A DNA stretch of 63,341 bases, filler included, from Octopus bimaculoides (taxonomy: Eukaryota), in assembly GCF_001194135.2 (NCBI RefSeq). It is 6 parts of 3 records of this genome, joined end to end, with 100 filler letters (N's around TTAATTAATTAA, not from the genome) between each part and the next. Parts side by side here need not be neighbours in the genome. Positions count along the whole stretch, not along the records: positions 27,836 to 53,149 come from NC_068984.1; 5 more parts are not named here. One strand, 5' to 3'. Below the pieces are notes generated by a model. That model did not search any database, was not told where the DNA came from, and saw only the letters and a program-made list of their open reading frames with translations. Positions within the stretch are counted from its first letter, which is position 1. Each line of letters starts with the position of its first letter. Positions 37,200 to 51,309 of this stretch are shown here, piece after piece. Position numbers and translations under genes: made by a program.

Positions 37200-39700
37200 A
37201 TTGTTAAATTTGATATAATGGCAATTATACCATTAAAATATTCGTTTTTGAAAGGGGTGTAGCCTCCAATCTGATATTTTATTTGCCTTGGTGATAGTCA
37301 TAATGAAATATCAGTGAGTTTAATGGCTGTGTTTGATTTTGTGGCATCGATATATACCAATAAAATTTGCCTGACTACAGTAGGATGACAAACTTATTTA
37401 AATAACATAGACACATATTTCAATTTATTTGAAAATGATTTGGTTCAAGTTGTTGAGCTTTTGTCTGGGCAGGTTGGGTGTACTTTTTAAGATGAGTCTG
37501 AGATTTCATACAATATCTACAGAAAAAGTGAGGTACTGTGAAATTCAGACAACAGCAACTGAAATACTAGAGGTGGAATGAATTGCATGTTGAAGACAGC
37601 CCACTTTATAGGCCTAACTATATGCCAGGCTTCTTTAGTGATATCTTGACAGATGCCTATCACAGATGGCAGCAGAATAGGAAAATTCCCTGTGAACTGT
37701 GGCATGGTAGCACTGCTGAGAAACTTTGTCAACGAGTGGGATGCTATGGATAATCTCCTGTCTATAACCCAGGTGAGTAAATGCTGAGTTTAATACTCCG
37801 ACCAAGGAGTAAGCAAAGAAGTTGGCACTTGTAAGCAGTTTGGTTGTGGAAGTTCAAATATGTATGATCCTCAATAAATCCATTCAGGACAGCCTCTACC
37901 TTATACAATACAAGATAGAGAAGATGAGAAACAAACATAGTAATTGCAGTCCACAGACAAAACAATTTCACTGCATCCGAAAATTCTCAAAAATACTGTG
38001 CTATCACAGTATTTTCCAGAATTTTCAAATGCAGCAACATTTTTTTGTCAGTAAACAGGTGATGAAAATTTTGACACCATACAACAGATGAATGTTTGAG
38101 TGAAGTTGATGATCTTTGTGTGTGTGTCTGAATGGCAAACTTTTGTCTTCCATGCTGTAATTGCTTTTGTTTCAGCTCATGATCTCAGATCAAAACACTT
38201 GCCATGTAAGTAGTTACCCAAAATAAGCATAATTTTGGATCAATTTGGTTCAGTTGAAAGCTTCAAATAGAGTTTACCATCTCTTTTAGGACTGTTAGCT
38301 ACAATCCTAGGAGTGGATAGCTTCAGACCCATTTTCAGAAGTTGGTTCACAGCAATGCACAGTAACAGTTGTTCAGTGGATAAGTAACAGGTCAATTCTC
38401 AGAACTGTTTCATATTGCATACTTATCTGTCTGAACTGTCCTCTTTCATCTCTCAACAGTTCTAGCTTCTACTTCAATGGACTGGAAGTTAATGTTGTGT
38501 CAGCTTATGTGGATAATGTCACCATAATGGTATTGGCACATACCTTGGAAATGGAGGTTGTTTGCACTATTCTAAAAGAATATGAGGTGTTTGGAGGTGC
38601 AAAAACAAACCTGGGCAAATCAGTGGGCTTGTTGCTTGGCACCTGAAGAAGCTATCAGATAACATAGAGAACTGAATAGATGAACTAATTAACCTACTCA
38701 GGTTAATTAGTTCTGAGCTTGGTGATGAGGTTACAAACAGGGCAGTCAGTTTCACACAGAAATAGGTCACATGAAAACTATCCCTAAAAGTTCTTCTGTT
38801 CTCTGTAAAAAGGGTGCATTCCACATGTCAGGCTGTCTATTTGCTAATGCTTTTTGGAAGATAGGCTCAGTATGTTATAGCTGCTGATGCATAAATACAG
38901 ATTGAGACTGTGGCACATAGGGAGATTCCTGGATGGTGACGTGGAGACTGTGGCACATAGGGAGATTCCTGGATTGTGATGTGGTCTCCATTTCTAAGGT
39001 GGGTATTTCCACAACTTGTGTTTTTGATGTAACTGAAGTCTTGAGTCAAGAAAAGACAAAGACTGGACACTTGACATTTGGAATGTTAAGTACTCATTGA
39101 TTAGTTCCACTATGTCTTCAGTCCTTTTAATCTGGTCTACCAAACTACATCTTTCACTAAGGCTACCAGACAGATAAACACAACCTGTCTTTAGCAGCCA
39201 AAGGAAGTTGGTGGGGAGATCATTGCAATGAACTTAACTGATAGCTAAATGCATCCAACATGTGACAACAGGTGTTCGACATAACTATGCAAGTTAGTAA
39301 TGCTCAGGTACTGGACAAGTGTGTGCATAACAGCTTCATTGTTCTGTCTGCATCTTAGACAAACCTACTTGGTGGCACTTCCATGCCTGTAGTGTTTATC
39401 TTAGACTGGCATGTCTCTCACTAGCACTGCCAGGCCGAGGATTTTGGGAACTATCTATGGGTTCAGGCCTAAATATTCTCTGGAATAGACCAGCCAGATG
39501 GTTTTTGCTGTTGTCCAGAGTCTTCCTATGAATGTTATTGCTCTTTAGAATGCCAGAATGGAACTTCCACTGATTGCACTGCCCGACTGGTAGAGGGCTG
39601 TGAATGCTTAATCACATTCCAGAGGTCAAGCACTCTGACTTGGTTTTTGCTTGACCCAAGACAGCAGATTTGTCAAATAGATGAGTTGGAAAAATAGTTA
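37200..39700 (+). mobile_element. Tx1/L1-clade LINE ORF2, heavily decayed
   Basis: Plus-strand remnants SFRPIFRSWFTAMHS, VVSAYVDNVT (YADD), EYEVFGGAKTNLGKSVGLLLGT, with many stops and frameshifts. A 40-bp tandem duplication lies at 38904-38983. Confidence 0.75.
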
Positions 39701-39749
39701 TCTGACAATCAGTAACCATGCTTGCTGACCATAAAGGAACAGCTGCAGA

Positions 39750-42050
39750 TGTCACAGCCTTAGCACATGTCCATGCATCATCAGTCATGGTATACCCAGT
39801 TTTTGTTTGAGTGGGTGTTGAAAGTAACAGAGAACTTGACCAATGGAACATATCCCTTCCATAGAAAGTGGAAGAAAAGGTGCTCCAATATAGGCAGCTA
39901 TGAAATAGAGCAAGGTACAATGGCCAAATGATAATATATGGTAGTGGCAATGTATTTGCCCTCTGTCTGACCTCTCTGAATAGATTTGTCACAGAATATT
40001 TTTGATTGTGATTGGTCATAATACTTGTCATCTCATCCCAGTTCTTCTCTATCTGGACCAAACTAAACCCTATGGACCTAACTCTTCATGTACTAAGCTG
40101 GAGGCCCACTGAATTTTCTTGGTTGACTTTTGCTCCTGTCACAGCTTTATAGTCCCTCAGTGTAGTGCTACTTGCCACTATGTGCTTTGTATCTGACACT
40201 ATCACAGTAACATCATCCACATATGCTTACATTGTTTTTCCACATTCTTGTTTGTGCAGGATGCCCTCAATGTCACTAGTTTGCACAGAAGTGGCTCAAA
40301 AGTCAGTACATACATAAGAGATGAAAGGGGCCAACCTTGACAAATGAAACACATGATACTGAATGGTTCTGATGGGTGACCTTTCTCCCTAACCACCAAG
40401 CAGGTGTCACTGTACATTGCAGTAATTCAACTGCAGGAGACAGGACTGGAGCCAGCAGCCATGTGGAGAATCACCAAGTATTACCAGTCACCCTTTTGAA
40501 AGCCTTTGATTGATTTAAATTGATCAGGGTCCCACCCATGCCAGGTTCCTTATCCACCCATTCTATAATGTATCTCTTAAGGTGGAGGCTATCATACATG
40601 GCCTGTTTTGGATGGTGCATGTTTATGCTGCTTTCAGACCATCACTTAAAATCACCAACCCCTTTTCAATGTGGTGCTCTCTGTGTAGGCCCTTTCTCAG
40701 TAGTGTCACTGTTCCTTAAGTTACAAAAATGGAGATTCTCCTGTTCTGCTGCCAGTTGCAGAAGATATCTGCCAAGAGGTATACAAATAGATCTGGCATG
40801 TAAAAGTAGTGTTCATAGAGCAGACTATTCAAACCAATCAATTTTCCCACCATGCTGTCAACCATCACTTCCATGACTGTTATTGGTCTTTTGTAACATT
40901 CTGCCTCTCTCACTGAAAGTTGCAGCAGGATGTTGATGTGAAGTCCATTCTGCAATCTGACTCACAACTCACCCCAAACATGGGTTGGATGATTTGACAG
41001 AACCTAATGAACCTGAAGACTTTATTATGTCTGATACACTGGAAAACAAGCATACTGCAGGAGTGCAAAATGGTAATAGAAGCACTCATTAACCAGGACA
41101 ATTTTATGGGATGTCAATTTGGGTTTGTAACTTCTGTGATTGAAATGGAGTTTAGTTCAATTTCCCATGTGAATAACAACTAGGGAGAGGTTCTCAGCAA
41201 GTTTGCTAATCACATTAAAAAATGAGCTGAGAAAAACCAGTCCCTAAAAGGTCAAGCAGAAGTAATTAATGTCAATATCATCTGATTATTGTGTCATGTC
41301 CCAAGAAACTTCTGATCAGATTGGAGTATATGCACTTCCACTTGTTTTAGAAAAAAGCTGCTTTTACTGGCCAGATTAGTGGCTTGGTAGGCTGTGGCTG
41401 AAGATGCAGTGATGTGTTGAGTCAGTAAGAGCTTTAGAAATTCCTGGATTACTATGGTATTGATCAGTTCTGACTGCCATTTATGTGACACCTTGTTTTC
41501 ACAGTTTATCTCTTTGATCAAGCTGCAGTCCTGGATCAAATGCATTGTATTTTTCCGAGTCTTAGATTTAGTTACATACTTGTTTGCTTATTTTTTAATC
41601 ATCCTTAAAGTACCTGACATTTTAGAGACTGTATCTGCTTTCAGACCCCCACATTTCTAGTTAGCTCAGTTTCCAGATTTATCGTAGAGGACTTTCAGCC
41701 AAGGAATTATGAATAATTTACAGAAATTCCTAGCTTAGCACATTCTACAAGAAGCATTGTCAATTCTGGATAAACTCTACAGGCTCACTATCAACATCAG
41801 ATGGATCTGTTTATTAAGCAAGCTGGATGATGAAACTGTTCTGCACACATTGATTCATGTGGAGATATGTTGAATAGTTGTTGTCACATGTTGGACATAT
41901 CCAGCAAATAGTACAGTTAACAGTGAGGATCATTCTCCTAAGACAGGCTTGCAGATTTTGTTTGTCCAGTGGTCATGGCAAAAGCAGTTGCATGATTGTC
42001 AACACTGAAAGGACTGAAACCAAAACCTATCTCTTTGACAACAACCTCCT
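39750..42050 (-). mobile_element. Tx1/L1-clade LINE ORF2, heavily decayed, converging on the previous element
   Basis: QGWPLSSLMYVLTFEPLLCKL (QGCPLSP motif) at 40202-40417; KNWDEMTS.. at about 40050; endonuclease-like remnants at about 41500-42050. Confidence 0.78.
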
Positions 42051-42590
42051 CAACTCCTATGAGTCCCCTTGAAGTGAATAGTGATAGTAGTTAAGGAGCC
42101 CTCCAGTAAACTTTGTAAAATATGATGGTGAAGCATGATCTTCAAACGTTGGACCTCACGGAGGCAATGACTAGTGACTGAGACCTTTGGTAATATGCCA
42201 CGTTTGAGAAGACGTGTCAAACCAAGTGAAATCATAGTCATGACTGATGCTGGTGTCACATAACTGGCACCCATACCACTGGCACGTAAAAAGCACTTTT
42301 TGAGCATTAGCCTTCATAGAGACAATGGCAAATGACTGAGACTTTCGGTAATATGCCGTGTTTGAGTAGAAGACCCATCAAGATACTGGGGTCCTGCAAC
42401 TGGTACCTGTGCCAGTGGCACGTAAAAGCACTTATTACATTCTCAGAGTGGTTGGCATTAGGAAGGTCATCCAGCCACAGAAACCATGCCAAATCAGGTT
42501 GGAGTCTAGTGCAGCCCCTCCGCTTACCAGCCCTGGTCAAACCGTTAGATCCATGCCAGCGGACATTAAAAGATGATGAATGGCCCACGT
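42050..42590 (+). repeat. Interspersed repeat with RTE-like 3' tail (related copies about 47220-47460 and 29240-29330)
   Basis: Recurrent text ggcacgtaaaagcac..gtggttggcattaggaaggtcatccagcc..aaaccatgcc, with a partial internal duplication. Confidence 0.55.
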
Positions 42591-43199
42591 CAATGGCTCT
42601 TCTTTAAACATACACCTGTGAGTGAGAGAAGATATTTGCCTTTTAACAGTCAAGGTAACCTGGGTCCTGTAGGGTTGGTTGATTGACACCTAGCTAGCTG
42701 TCTTTCCTTTAGAGACCTCTCATTTTATGGCCTTTACATGCCAACATTTCCCATGTTTGTGTTTTTTTTTATAAACAATTCTATATAAATCTCAGCCTTT
42801 TTGTAATTTCTCCCTCTGATGTTCTGTTATCTATTGCCCCTGTGGCAAATAAAAGAAATCATTGCCATCATTATCATTGTCATCACCATCGCAATCATTG
42901 CTTTCATCAACATTAACTCATCATCATCATCGTCATCATTAACCTGATATTTACCAGTTGATAGCTAAATGGCAGCATCTAATTATCTTTATTAATTCTT
43001 TGTTGTTGGCAAGCCATTCACTCTTTCTGTTTTCCATTTGCTCCAAAGAATTTTCTGTTAGGTTTGGAGCAAAGCCATAGGAGCCAGCAGCCAATTGAAA
43101 GTAATGCTATGTTATCAAATAATGAACTGATGATGGCTGCATCATTGAGATTCACTTCCTTTAACCATTTTTCTAAGTTGTACGCTTCAGATTTTCACC

Positions 43200-44860
43200 C
43201 AGCACCAACAGCACCACCTTCGCCATTATCCTTACCATTACCACTGTCATCATCAATGCATCACTGCCACCACCGTTATTACTTCTACCATCATAACCAC
43301 CATCACCACCATGGCTATCATCACCACCACCACCACAATCATTGCCACGACCACCATCACCATCACTACCATAAGTACCACAGGTTAACAGCATTACCGT
43401 CATCACCACTACCACCACCACTTCTACTACTGTTACCACCACTACCACCATCACCACAACTCCTGCCACCACTACCACTATCACATCATGACTATTACAA
43501 CCACCACCAGTAACAACACCAGTACCACCACCACCACTTCTGCTACTATCACCACTACCACAATCATTCTTGCCACTATTACAACTACTCCGCCTACCGC
43601 CACCCAACTACTACCACCATCATAACCGCTAAAAATAGTCAATATTAAATTAAATGTTATAATTAAGATGTTGCTCATTTTCAAGGCAGTGGTGTGTTTA
43701 GACTAAATCATGTTAGTCATCATCATAATAATCATTGTCATCAACATCATCATCATTACCTACTTCATTGGCACCACCACTACCACCACCACCACCATCA
43801 ACAGCATCATTACTTCTTCACTATCGTGACAACCAAGAGCACCACCACCACCACCACCACCACTACCACTACTATCATCACCAACTCCATTGCTACCATC
43901 ATCACCATCATCATTGGCATCACCCTCAATCCAAAGAGCCACCTTCTCATACACGTTGACATGACATCACCAACTCTACCACACATTGCATCATCGCTTG
44001 TCACAATCTCAGAGATATCAATATCACCAATTCCAGCTTCTCTACTTCATTTAATTTCACCATTCTCTCATCACTCCATCAGTTGATAAAACAAGTTTTC
44101 TAGTACCAGTAATACATTAGTTACAAAGCATGTTAAACTGACACTGCATGCTCCCTTCCCTGCTGTAATAATTGGTGTTCTATGTCTGATGAACACATTG
44201 AATCAATAGCAAAAGTTTCTACAATCAGTAATACGCTGAGGGTACATGTCCTCTGTAATGTTTGGTAAAGCCTGTCTGGTTAGAAAGTTGAATTATTAGG
44301 GAATTGTTATGTGGAGAAATAAATATATAGTAATGGTCATAGCTTGGTGTGAATAAAGTTTAGTAAAGATTCTGATGATTAATAATACAAGTGTGATTAA
44401 AATTATGATGATAATGATAATGACAACAACAGTGGCAGTGATGGTGGTGGTGGCGGCGGCGGTGGTAGTGGTGCTGCTACTGCTGCTGCTAGGAATGGCA
44501 CCAACAATAATGATGGTGATAGTGATGATGGAAGTGATGATGATAATGAGAAGGAGGAGGAGGAGGGCAATAATGTTGACAATGATGATGAAGATGTTGA
44601 TGATAATAATGATAATGACAAAGATGATGATGATAAAGACTATGATGAGGATGGTAATGGCACTCGTGGTGTTGATGATGATAATAGTGGTGGTGGTGTT
44701 GACAACTATGAAAGTAACTATTATGATGACATTGAAGATCATGACAAGGATGGTGATGCTCATCGGTATCATCGTTCTTATTATGTGTTAGTGAGAATGA
44801 CAGCATTGTTAATGATGATGATGATGATGATAACTATGGTGATAATGGTGTTGAATTAAT
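43200..44860. repeat. Two long degenerate trinucleotide fields, (CAC/CAT)n then (GAT/GGT)n
   Basis: C/A-rich at 43200-44050 and G/T-rich at 44370-44860; source of the poly-H, V, M and I ORFs. Confidence 0.9.
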
Positions 44861-47493
44861 CAGGATGATAGCTTACCTGTAATCAATGCTACATTAAGTC
44901 AAACAACTCTGAAGGTCATGGTGAAATTCTCTCCATATTAGATTGAACACATTTCATCACTTTACTATTGAAGATCAAAGTGAAATATTTTCCCAGCCCT
45001 CAATACATATCTTTAAGTGGAATTTATCTTTTGGATTATCCATGAGCCCTAAAGATAGACTTATCTCAATAAAATGTGGATCTTCAGACGTAGTTGGCCT
45101 TACTTTAGTTATGAACTATTAATATGTCATCTAACTATATTTCCATCCAAATAATCACAATTCAATAGTCACAACATTTAAGTCCTAACTCCAGAATCTT
45201 AACTATTGACTCAAGAGCTCAGACTCATAATTCCTGAATTCTAAGTCTTGAGTCATAGTACCTGAGCCAAAACTCCACAGTCATCACTCTTAAGTCTTGA
45301 GTTGTAACATGTGAATATATTGTTCTATAACTTTCCCTAAGATCTAACTTACTGGTGATAATCTCAGAATTGTAATGCATGAGTTATGATTGTAAAGTTA
45401 TAAATTCAGAGTCATAACTCCAGAGTCACAGTTCCTGATAATAAAAGCTCAATATTTTAGAACACTTCAGGCATATTGATACACTACCAATGCAAAAATC
45501 CTACTCCAAAGTCATGTTAACGCTCTGTATGTAAATACTATGAGAATTTTCTTAAGCCTACAGTGTACTATAAAAATAAAAACAATCTATGAACTTCCTC
45601 CAGTCTGTAATTAACTTCATCTTTAATTTTACTGTAATGTCTCTCTTCATAATATATCTAATTTACAAATTTATAAGTCCTCATGGTGCATATTCTTAAA
45701 AAGGATGAAATAATACTTTACCTAATCACCACTAATTAGACATTGTAAGAACTTTGCCATAGATAAAAAAAAAAAAAGAATTCAAATCTGATATAAATTT
45801 ATTTTTGTGAACTCTGTGTGCTTTTCATATTTGTTGATTTTGTATTCAAATTTTTAATCCTGCCTCAAGTTGTGAGGAAATAGTGCCTCCCTTTGTATTA
45901 ATGATCATCCACAGAGTGCCACTCATATATATATATATACATACATACATACGTACATGTAAAAGAGCATGGCTTAGTGGTTAGGGTAATTGACTCATGA
46001 TCGTAAAGTTGTAAGTTCAATTCCTGGCAGCACATTGCGTCTTTGAGCAAGACATTTTATTTCATACTGCTCCAGTCCACTCAGCTGGCAAAAATGAGTT
46101 GTACCTGTAATACAAAAGGCAGGCCTTGTCATCTTCTGTGTCACACTGAATCTCTTTGAGAACTATGTGAAGGGTACACATGTTTGTGGAGTGTTTAGCC
46201 ACTTGCGCGTTAATTTCATGATGATCCATTTCACAAATGAACCATTGATTGAACCAGCTGGAACCCTCATCAAAGTAACTGACAGAGTGCCTGTAGGTAT
46301 ATATACATATATTATACACACACACATACACACATTTGCTTTTATATTTATATATGAATTCAAATGTCTACCAAATTTCTCAAACAATGCTTTGCTTGAC
46401 ATAAGGTCAGGGTAGAAGACATTTGCCAAAGGCACCACAAAGAGGAATCGGTCTCAGAACACTGCAATACCAATGTGAACTTTGTAACGAAATGGTCTGC
46501 TTGCTTCAAGTTAGCTAATTTTTATTTTATCTTTTCCTATGACATACTTTAGTTTTTAGTTTTTCTCACAGAATAAATGATATTATTCTTGTGACATGTT
46601 TGCACAGATGAGTGAATCAGACTTTAGAATTAATTTTCTTTTTTTTATCTATTTCAATTTTAAAGTTAGAAGTTTAAAAACCTGGAGAGAATTTCACTTT
46701 ATACCACAGAAAATTAATCAATGAAGAATCGAGACTGATGTCTGCTATTATTTTACAATATATGCAAGTGAATACATGAGTATTTGTGTGTATGTATATG
46801 TGAATATATATATATATATATTTATATATGTAGTTTATTGTTTCATTAAGATAACATCAACAACATAAGTACTTCATCTAGTGATAGATAAATATTATTT
46901 ATTGTACACAGTATAAAGATTAGAGCTACTAAGTTTCTTACTGTGAAGACGTGGTTAGGCTGGTTTTTATAACATGCCTTGGGTCTCCAATCAATCTTCA
47001 GGTTGAAGATTGCTGATTATTAGAATATAGTTACATATACACAGATTCAAAGCTGTAAATAGGTGTCTAAAGATACATACAGATATTGGCATATAGATAT
47101 GTATGTATGTGTGTGAGAGAGAGAGAGAGAGAGTAAGTGTGTCTATGTATATACACATGTATATATGTGTGTGTGAATGTGTGCATGTGTACATGTGTGT
47201 GCATTATCAGAATTGTAATCATCATTGTTTCATGTCCGTTTTTCATACTGGCATGGGTTGGGCAGATCAACCGGAACTAACAAGCCAGAGGACTGCACCA
47301 AGTTCCAATGTCTGCTTTGGCATGGTTTTTACAGCTGGATACCCTTCCTAACATCAACCAATTCACACAGAGTACTAGGTCCATTTTACGTGTCACCAGC
47401 AATAACTTGTAAGACAAGACCCCTAAACTGAGTGAGGCTGTAATAGAGGGACAAGAAGAAGTGTCTTGTTGAAGAGGAGATACTTGGCTTCCC

Positions 47494-47552
<59 letters not shown>

Positions 47553-48478
47553 TAAGAGTACATCCTCAAGGTACAAGGTGAATATAAGAGAGAGAGAATA
47601 GAGATAGGGAAACAGAAAGTGTGGGTGAGTAGGAAAGTTTATGAGAGAGTGAAAGGTGTGTGACTGATGGTTAAAGATGGGGAATGAGTTGGATCCAGGG
47701 AATAGGACACATGGATTGAGGTATGGTCAATAATGAATATCAGTTTCTGGGGAAGTGAAGGGTATATGTGTGTGTGTATGCACATATATATATAAATGCA
47801 TGCACATACTCCCCATCACACACACACATATGGTGGAGGAACATGGCTCAGTGGTTAGGGTGTTGCACTTATGACTGTAAGATTGTGGTTTTGATTCTTG
47901 GACCAGGTGAATGTGTTGTGTTCTTGAGCAAAACACTTCAGGTCATGTTGCTCTGAAATCACTTCAACACCTGACATGTGGTACACCATGCACTTGTTTA
48001 GGTAACATCGATTTGATGGAAGGTGTGAGCAAATGAACAGCACATACATTTGGTCACTATAAACAAATCATTGATGCAGGTTATTCAACAAAAAATAGCA
48101 GAACCACCCTTTCTGGCTACAAGAGACTACCATCATGTATGTATATATATATATATATATNNNNNNNNNNNNNNNNNNNNNNNNNNNNNNNNNNNNNNNN
48201 NNNNNNNNNNNNNNNNNNNNNNNNNNNNNNNNNNNNNNNNNNNNNNNNNNNNNNNNNNNNNNNNNNNNNNNNNNNNNNNNNNNNNNNNNNNNNNNNNNNN
48301 NNNNNNNNNNNNNNNNNNNNNNNNNNNNNNNNNNNNNNNNNNNNNNNNNNNNNNNNNNNNNNNNNNNNNNNNNNNNNNNNNNNNNNNNNNNNNNNNNNNN
48401 NNNNNNNNNNNNNNNNNNNNNNNNNNNNNNNNNNNNNNNNNNNNNNNNNNNNNNNNNNNNNNNNNNNNNNNNNNNNNN

Positions 48479-48519
<41 letters not shown>

Positions 48520-48949
48520 GTATTTTGGTCCAACAGAAGGCTAGCAATTTTGAGGGGAAGAGGTTAGACAACACCATTGATCCTAGTACTTGTCTGGTAC
48601 TTTATTTTTCTGATCCTGCAAGGATGAAAAAACAATGTTGGATGTATCTGGATTTGAACCCAGAATAGTAAGTGCAAGAGTAAATATTGCTAGGTGTTAT
48701 TGCCGCTGCTCTAATGATTCTACTTGCTACTATTACACCAATCTCACTAGGAAGATCAGAAAATTTTTACTATTACATCTGTCTCACTTTGAAGTTGAAA
48801 TTTATTTTTACAATGTTTTTTGAAGGAATCTGATTACCAAACCCTTAGGATATCACTCATTCTTTAGGTAACCCCTCCTTCCAACGCTTGGTGAAATGCA
48901 GGAACAGGCTGAGGCTTTTCTTTGCTTCTGACTCAGAATCTAAACCCTG

Positions 48950-49800
48950 ACAGGTCATGTACTGATTCATTCAAACCCACAAAACAATAACATTTTGCTC
49001 AAAACCTGTCTCCCATCTTACTTGCATTGATCAGTCAAAATTTCATCAATCTCCACTTCAATCCCTTCCCCCACTCGATTCCTGGTTAGAAAACCCAGTC
49101 GTCTATAATCTCATAAAAAAATGAGCATTTATCTATAGACAACTTTGAAGACAAGCTCAAGCACTACATCACAGTGCTGTGGTGCCCACTCCTTCATAAA
49201 TGACTAAGAAAATGATTCTCAGAGAACAAGTGTCAATAGGGGTTAATTGTTGTTCTTTCCAGAAAAGAGCCTTAAAAGTCTGAAACAGAAAAGTCACAGA
49301 AATATTTTTCCAGCACAATGTAGCTTTTAGGTTTCTCGATATGTACACTCCATTTTGCAATTAAAACAGACGACTGCTTTCAGTGGAACACCATAAGACT
49401 GCAGAAAGTCAAAGATTTTCCATTATTCTCATGAAAATAAGCAATGCAGTGGTAATAATTGAAAGCATACATATGACACAAAGTCGTTTCAGCAATCAGG
49501 TTATTCAATTTTTTCAGCTTGTTCATGTGTGCATGAACATATATTTCTTTAAGGAAAATGTTTGCTGTTTCTAGTAGGTTGAAGTACTGCATATAAATGT
49601 TCTTTTGCCTTTCTTTGATGATGTGACTACCATCATTCATACAGTACTTTTGATAGCTCTTGTACCTGCATTTTCTTGCAGCTGATTTGTGCTTTATTGT
49701 TCTTGTACAAACTTACATTTGCACTTATTGTGGAGCATGGTCACCTCTTTTCTCTCCAGTTCATATGCATTCCCCACATAATACATAGACTTCTTAATGT
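48950..49800 (-). mobile_element. Possible very old DNA-transposase remnant (Sola2-like)
   Basis: Only weak frame-broken resemblance (KYFCDF..; ENHFLSH) to YFSDG..QYKN / WHFFATSHGK motifs. Confidence 0.25.
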
Positions 49801-50029
49801 TTTTGCTTACAAATTTAAATCTCAAACTTTGGTTAACACAATGCTATAGTAGAAGACACTGGCTTACAGTTGCTATACAGGGAGAAGGAACCCCAAAATA
49901 CATGGATCGAAAGTAAACTTCTTAACCACATACGCAAATATGCATGTATATGTGTATGTAAGTATGCATGCATGTACATACGTATACACATAACACTATA
50001 TATATATATACATACATACAGAATGCAAT

Positions 50030-50579
50030 GAGTAAATTGTCATCATTTTATATTTTTAATTTCATGCATGTGCATTGTTTTTGATTTTGTTGACTACACA
50101 TTATAGTAGGGTCAGTTGGGCACTGTCTGTGAGAAAAGCACTGCCATGACACAATTCACTCTGCCAGAAATTTGGAAACAACATGCTGTACTGCTTGACA
50201 TTCATGCCAGAAGCTCCATTATAAATATTTCAGAGTGTTTGGGTGTCAATCTGCGGACAGCGCAATCTGAGCACATGTACTGAGAGTGATAAAAATCAGA
50301 CATCCAGTCAACATCATGGTGTTTGGAGTGATCACTAGTGATGGCAACGTTATGCCTTTAAAGATGAAATGAAGGCAAGAATTATGGCAGTATTCACCAA
50401 CTTAAACAAGAAGACTTTCAGGAGATTCCAAAGTTGTCTAGAGGCCAATGCCGATTTTATTGAATAAATTTACTCTTTAATATTTCAAGATATTTGGTAA
50501 ATATATCTGTTAAAATGAGGTGTCAGTGTTATTTTCATTTTGCATAATTTAGATAACTATATATTCACCGCCCCCTGTA
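50030..50579 (+). mobile_element. Tc1/mariner-superfamily (maT-like) internal-deletion element
   Basis: The 5' part matches 23890-24000. Transposase remnants HPVNIMVFGVITSDGNVMP and KARIMAVFTNLNKKTFRRFQSCLEANADFIE. Terminus CCCTG|TA. Confidence 0.7.
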
Positions 50580-50745
50580 TATTCAAGGGGGTGTTGCAAT
50601 GTTGCTGGTTTTAAGGGTATNNNNNNNNNNNNNNNNNNNNNNNNNNNNNNNNNNNNNNNNNNNNNNNNNNNNNNNNNNNNNNNNNNNNNNNNNNNNNNNN
50701 NNNNNNNNNNNNNNNNNNNNNNNNNNNNNNNNNNNNNNNNNNNNN

Positions 50746-51300
50746 AAAACGCATGTAATTTGTGAACCTGTGTAACTTACACAGGTGATATTCAGAATAA
50801 AAATTGTTAAAAAAAAGCTTCTACTAGTGTAAAATTCACACCAAGAACTTTTCAGAATTGCTATGGCCAGGGGGAAAAGGTTTCCAATTTAGTTGTATTT
50901 AGCATAATTTCACTTACTTATGATTAGATTTTATTAAATTTTCATCAAATAAAAATAACTTCTGTAACAGGTATCACTTTGAAAGCTATTAAATTATGAA
51001 GTGTTGTTTATAATAAACTTTATTTTACATTTCTTGTCCACAAGAGATTATGTCTGATCTTTAGCATACTTCTGTATGTCTTCTCAAATCACAATCAGAG
51101 AAAAAATTGTTGATTATTCTTATCAACAAAAACAAAGCTGATAAATACACACAAGTGTTGCAAAATAGGTTTAATTACCAATAAACATCATCTTAGATGA
51201 CACTTTACTCAACCAACAGAGGAAGGTGACAGACCAAACTGATTATGTAAACATAATTCTGATTAGTCGAAAGTGTCTTCTTGTCTTAAGCCTAAGTCCC
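50746..51300 (+). mobile_element. Partial copy of the pogo/Tigger-like element at 58191
   Basis: About 550 bp alignable by eye to 58196-58740; left end lost in an N gap. Confidence 0.85.
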
Positions 51301-51309
51301 TCAGCTGTG

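Noticed and set aside
43064-44806. His-, Val-, Met- and Thr-rich ORFs resembling metal-binding or membrane proteins
   Set aside because: Translations of trinucleotide repeats in several frames on both strands, without exon structure.
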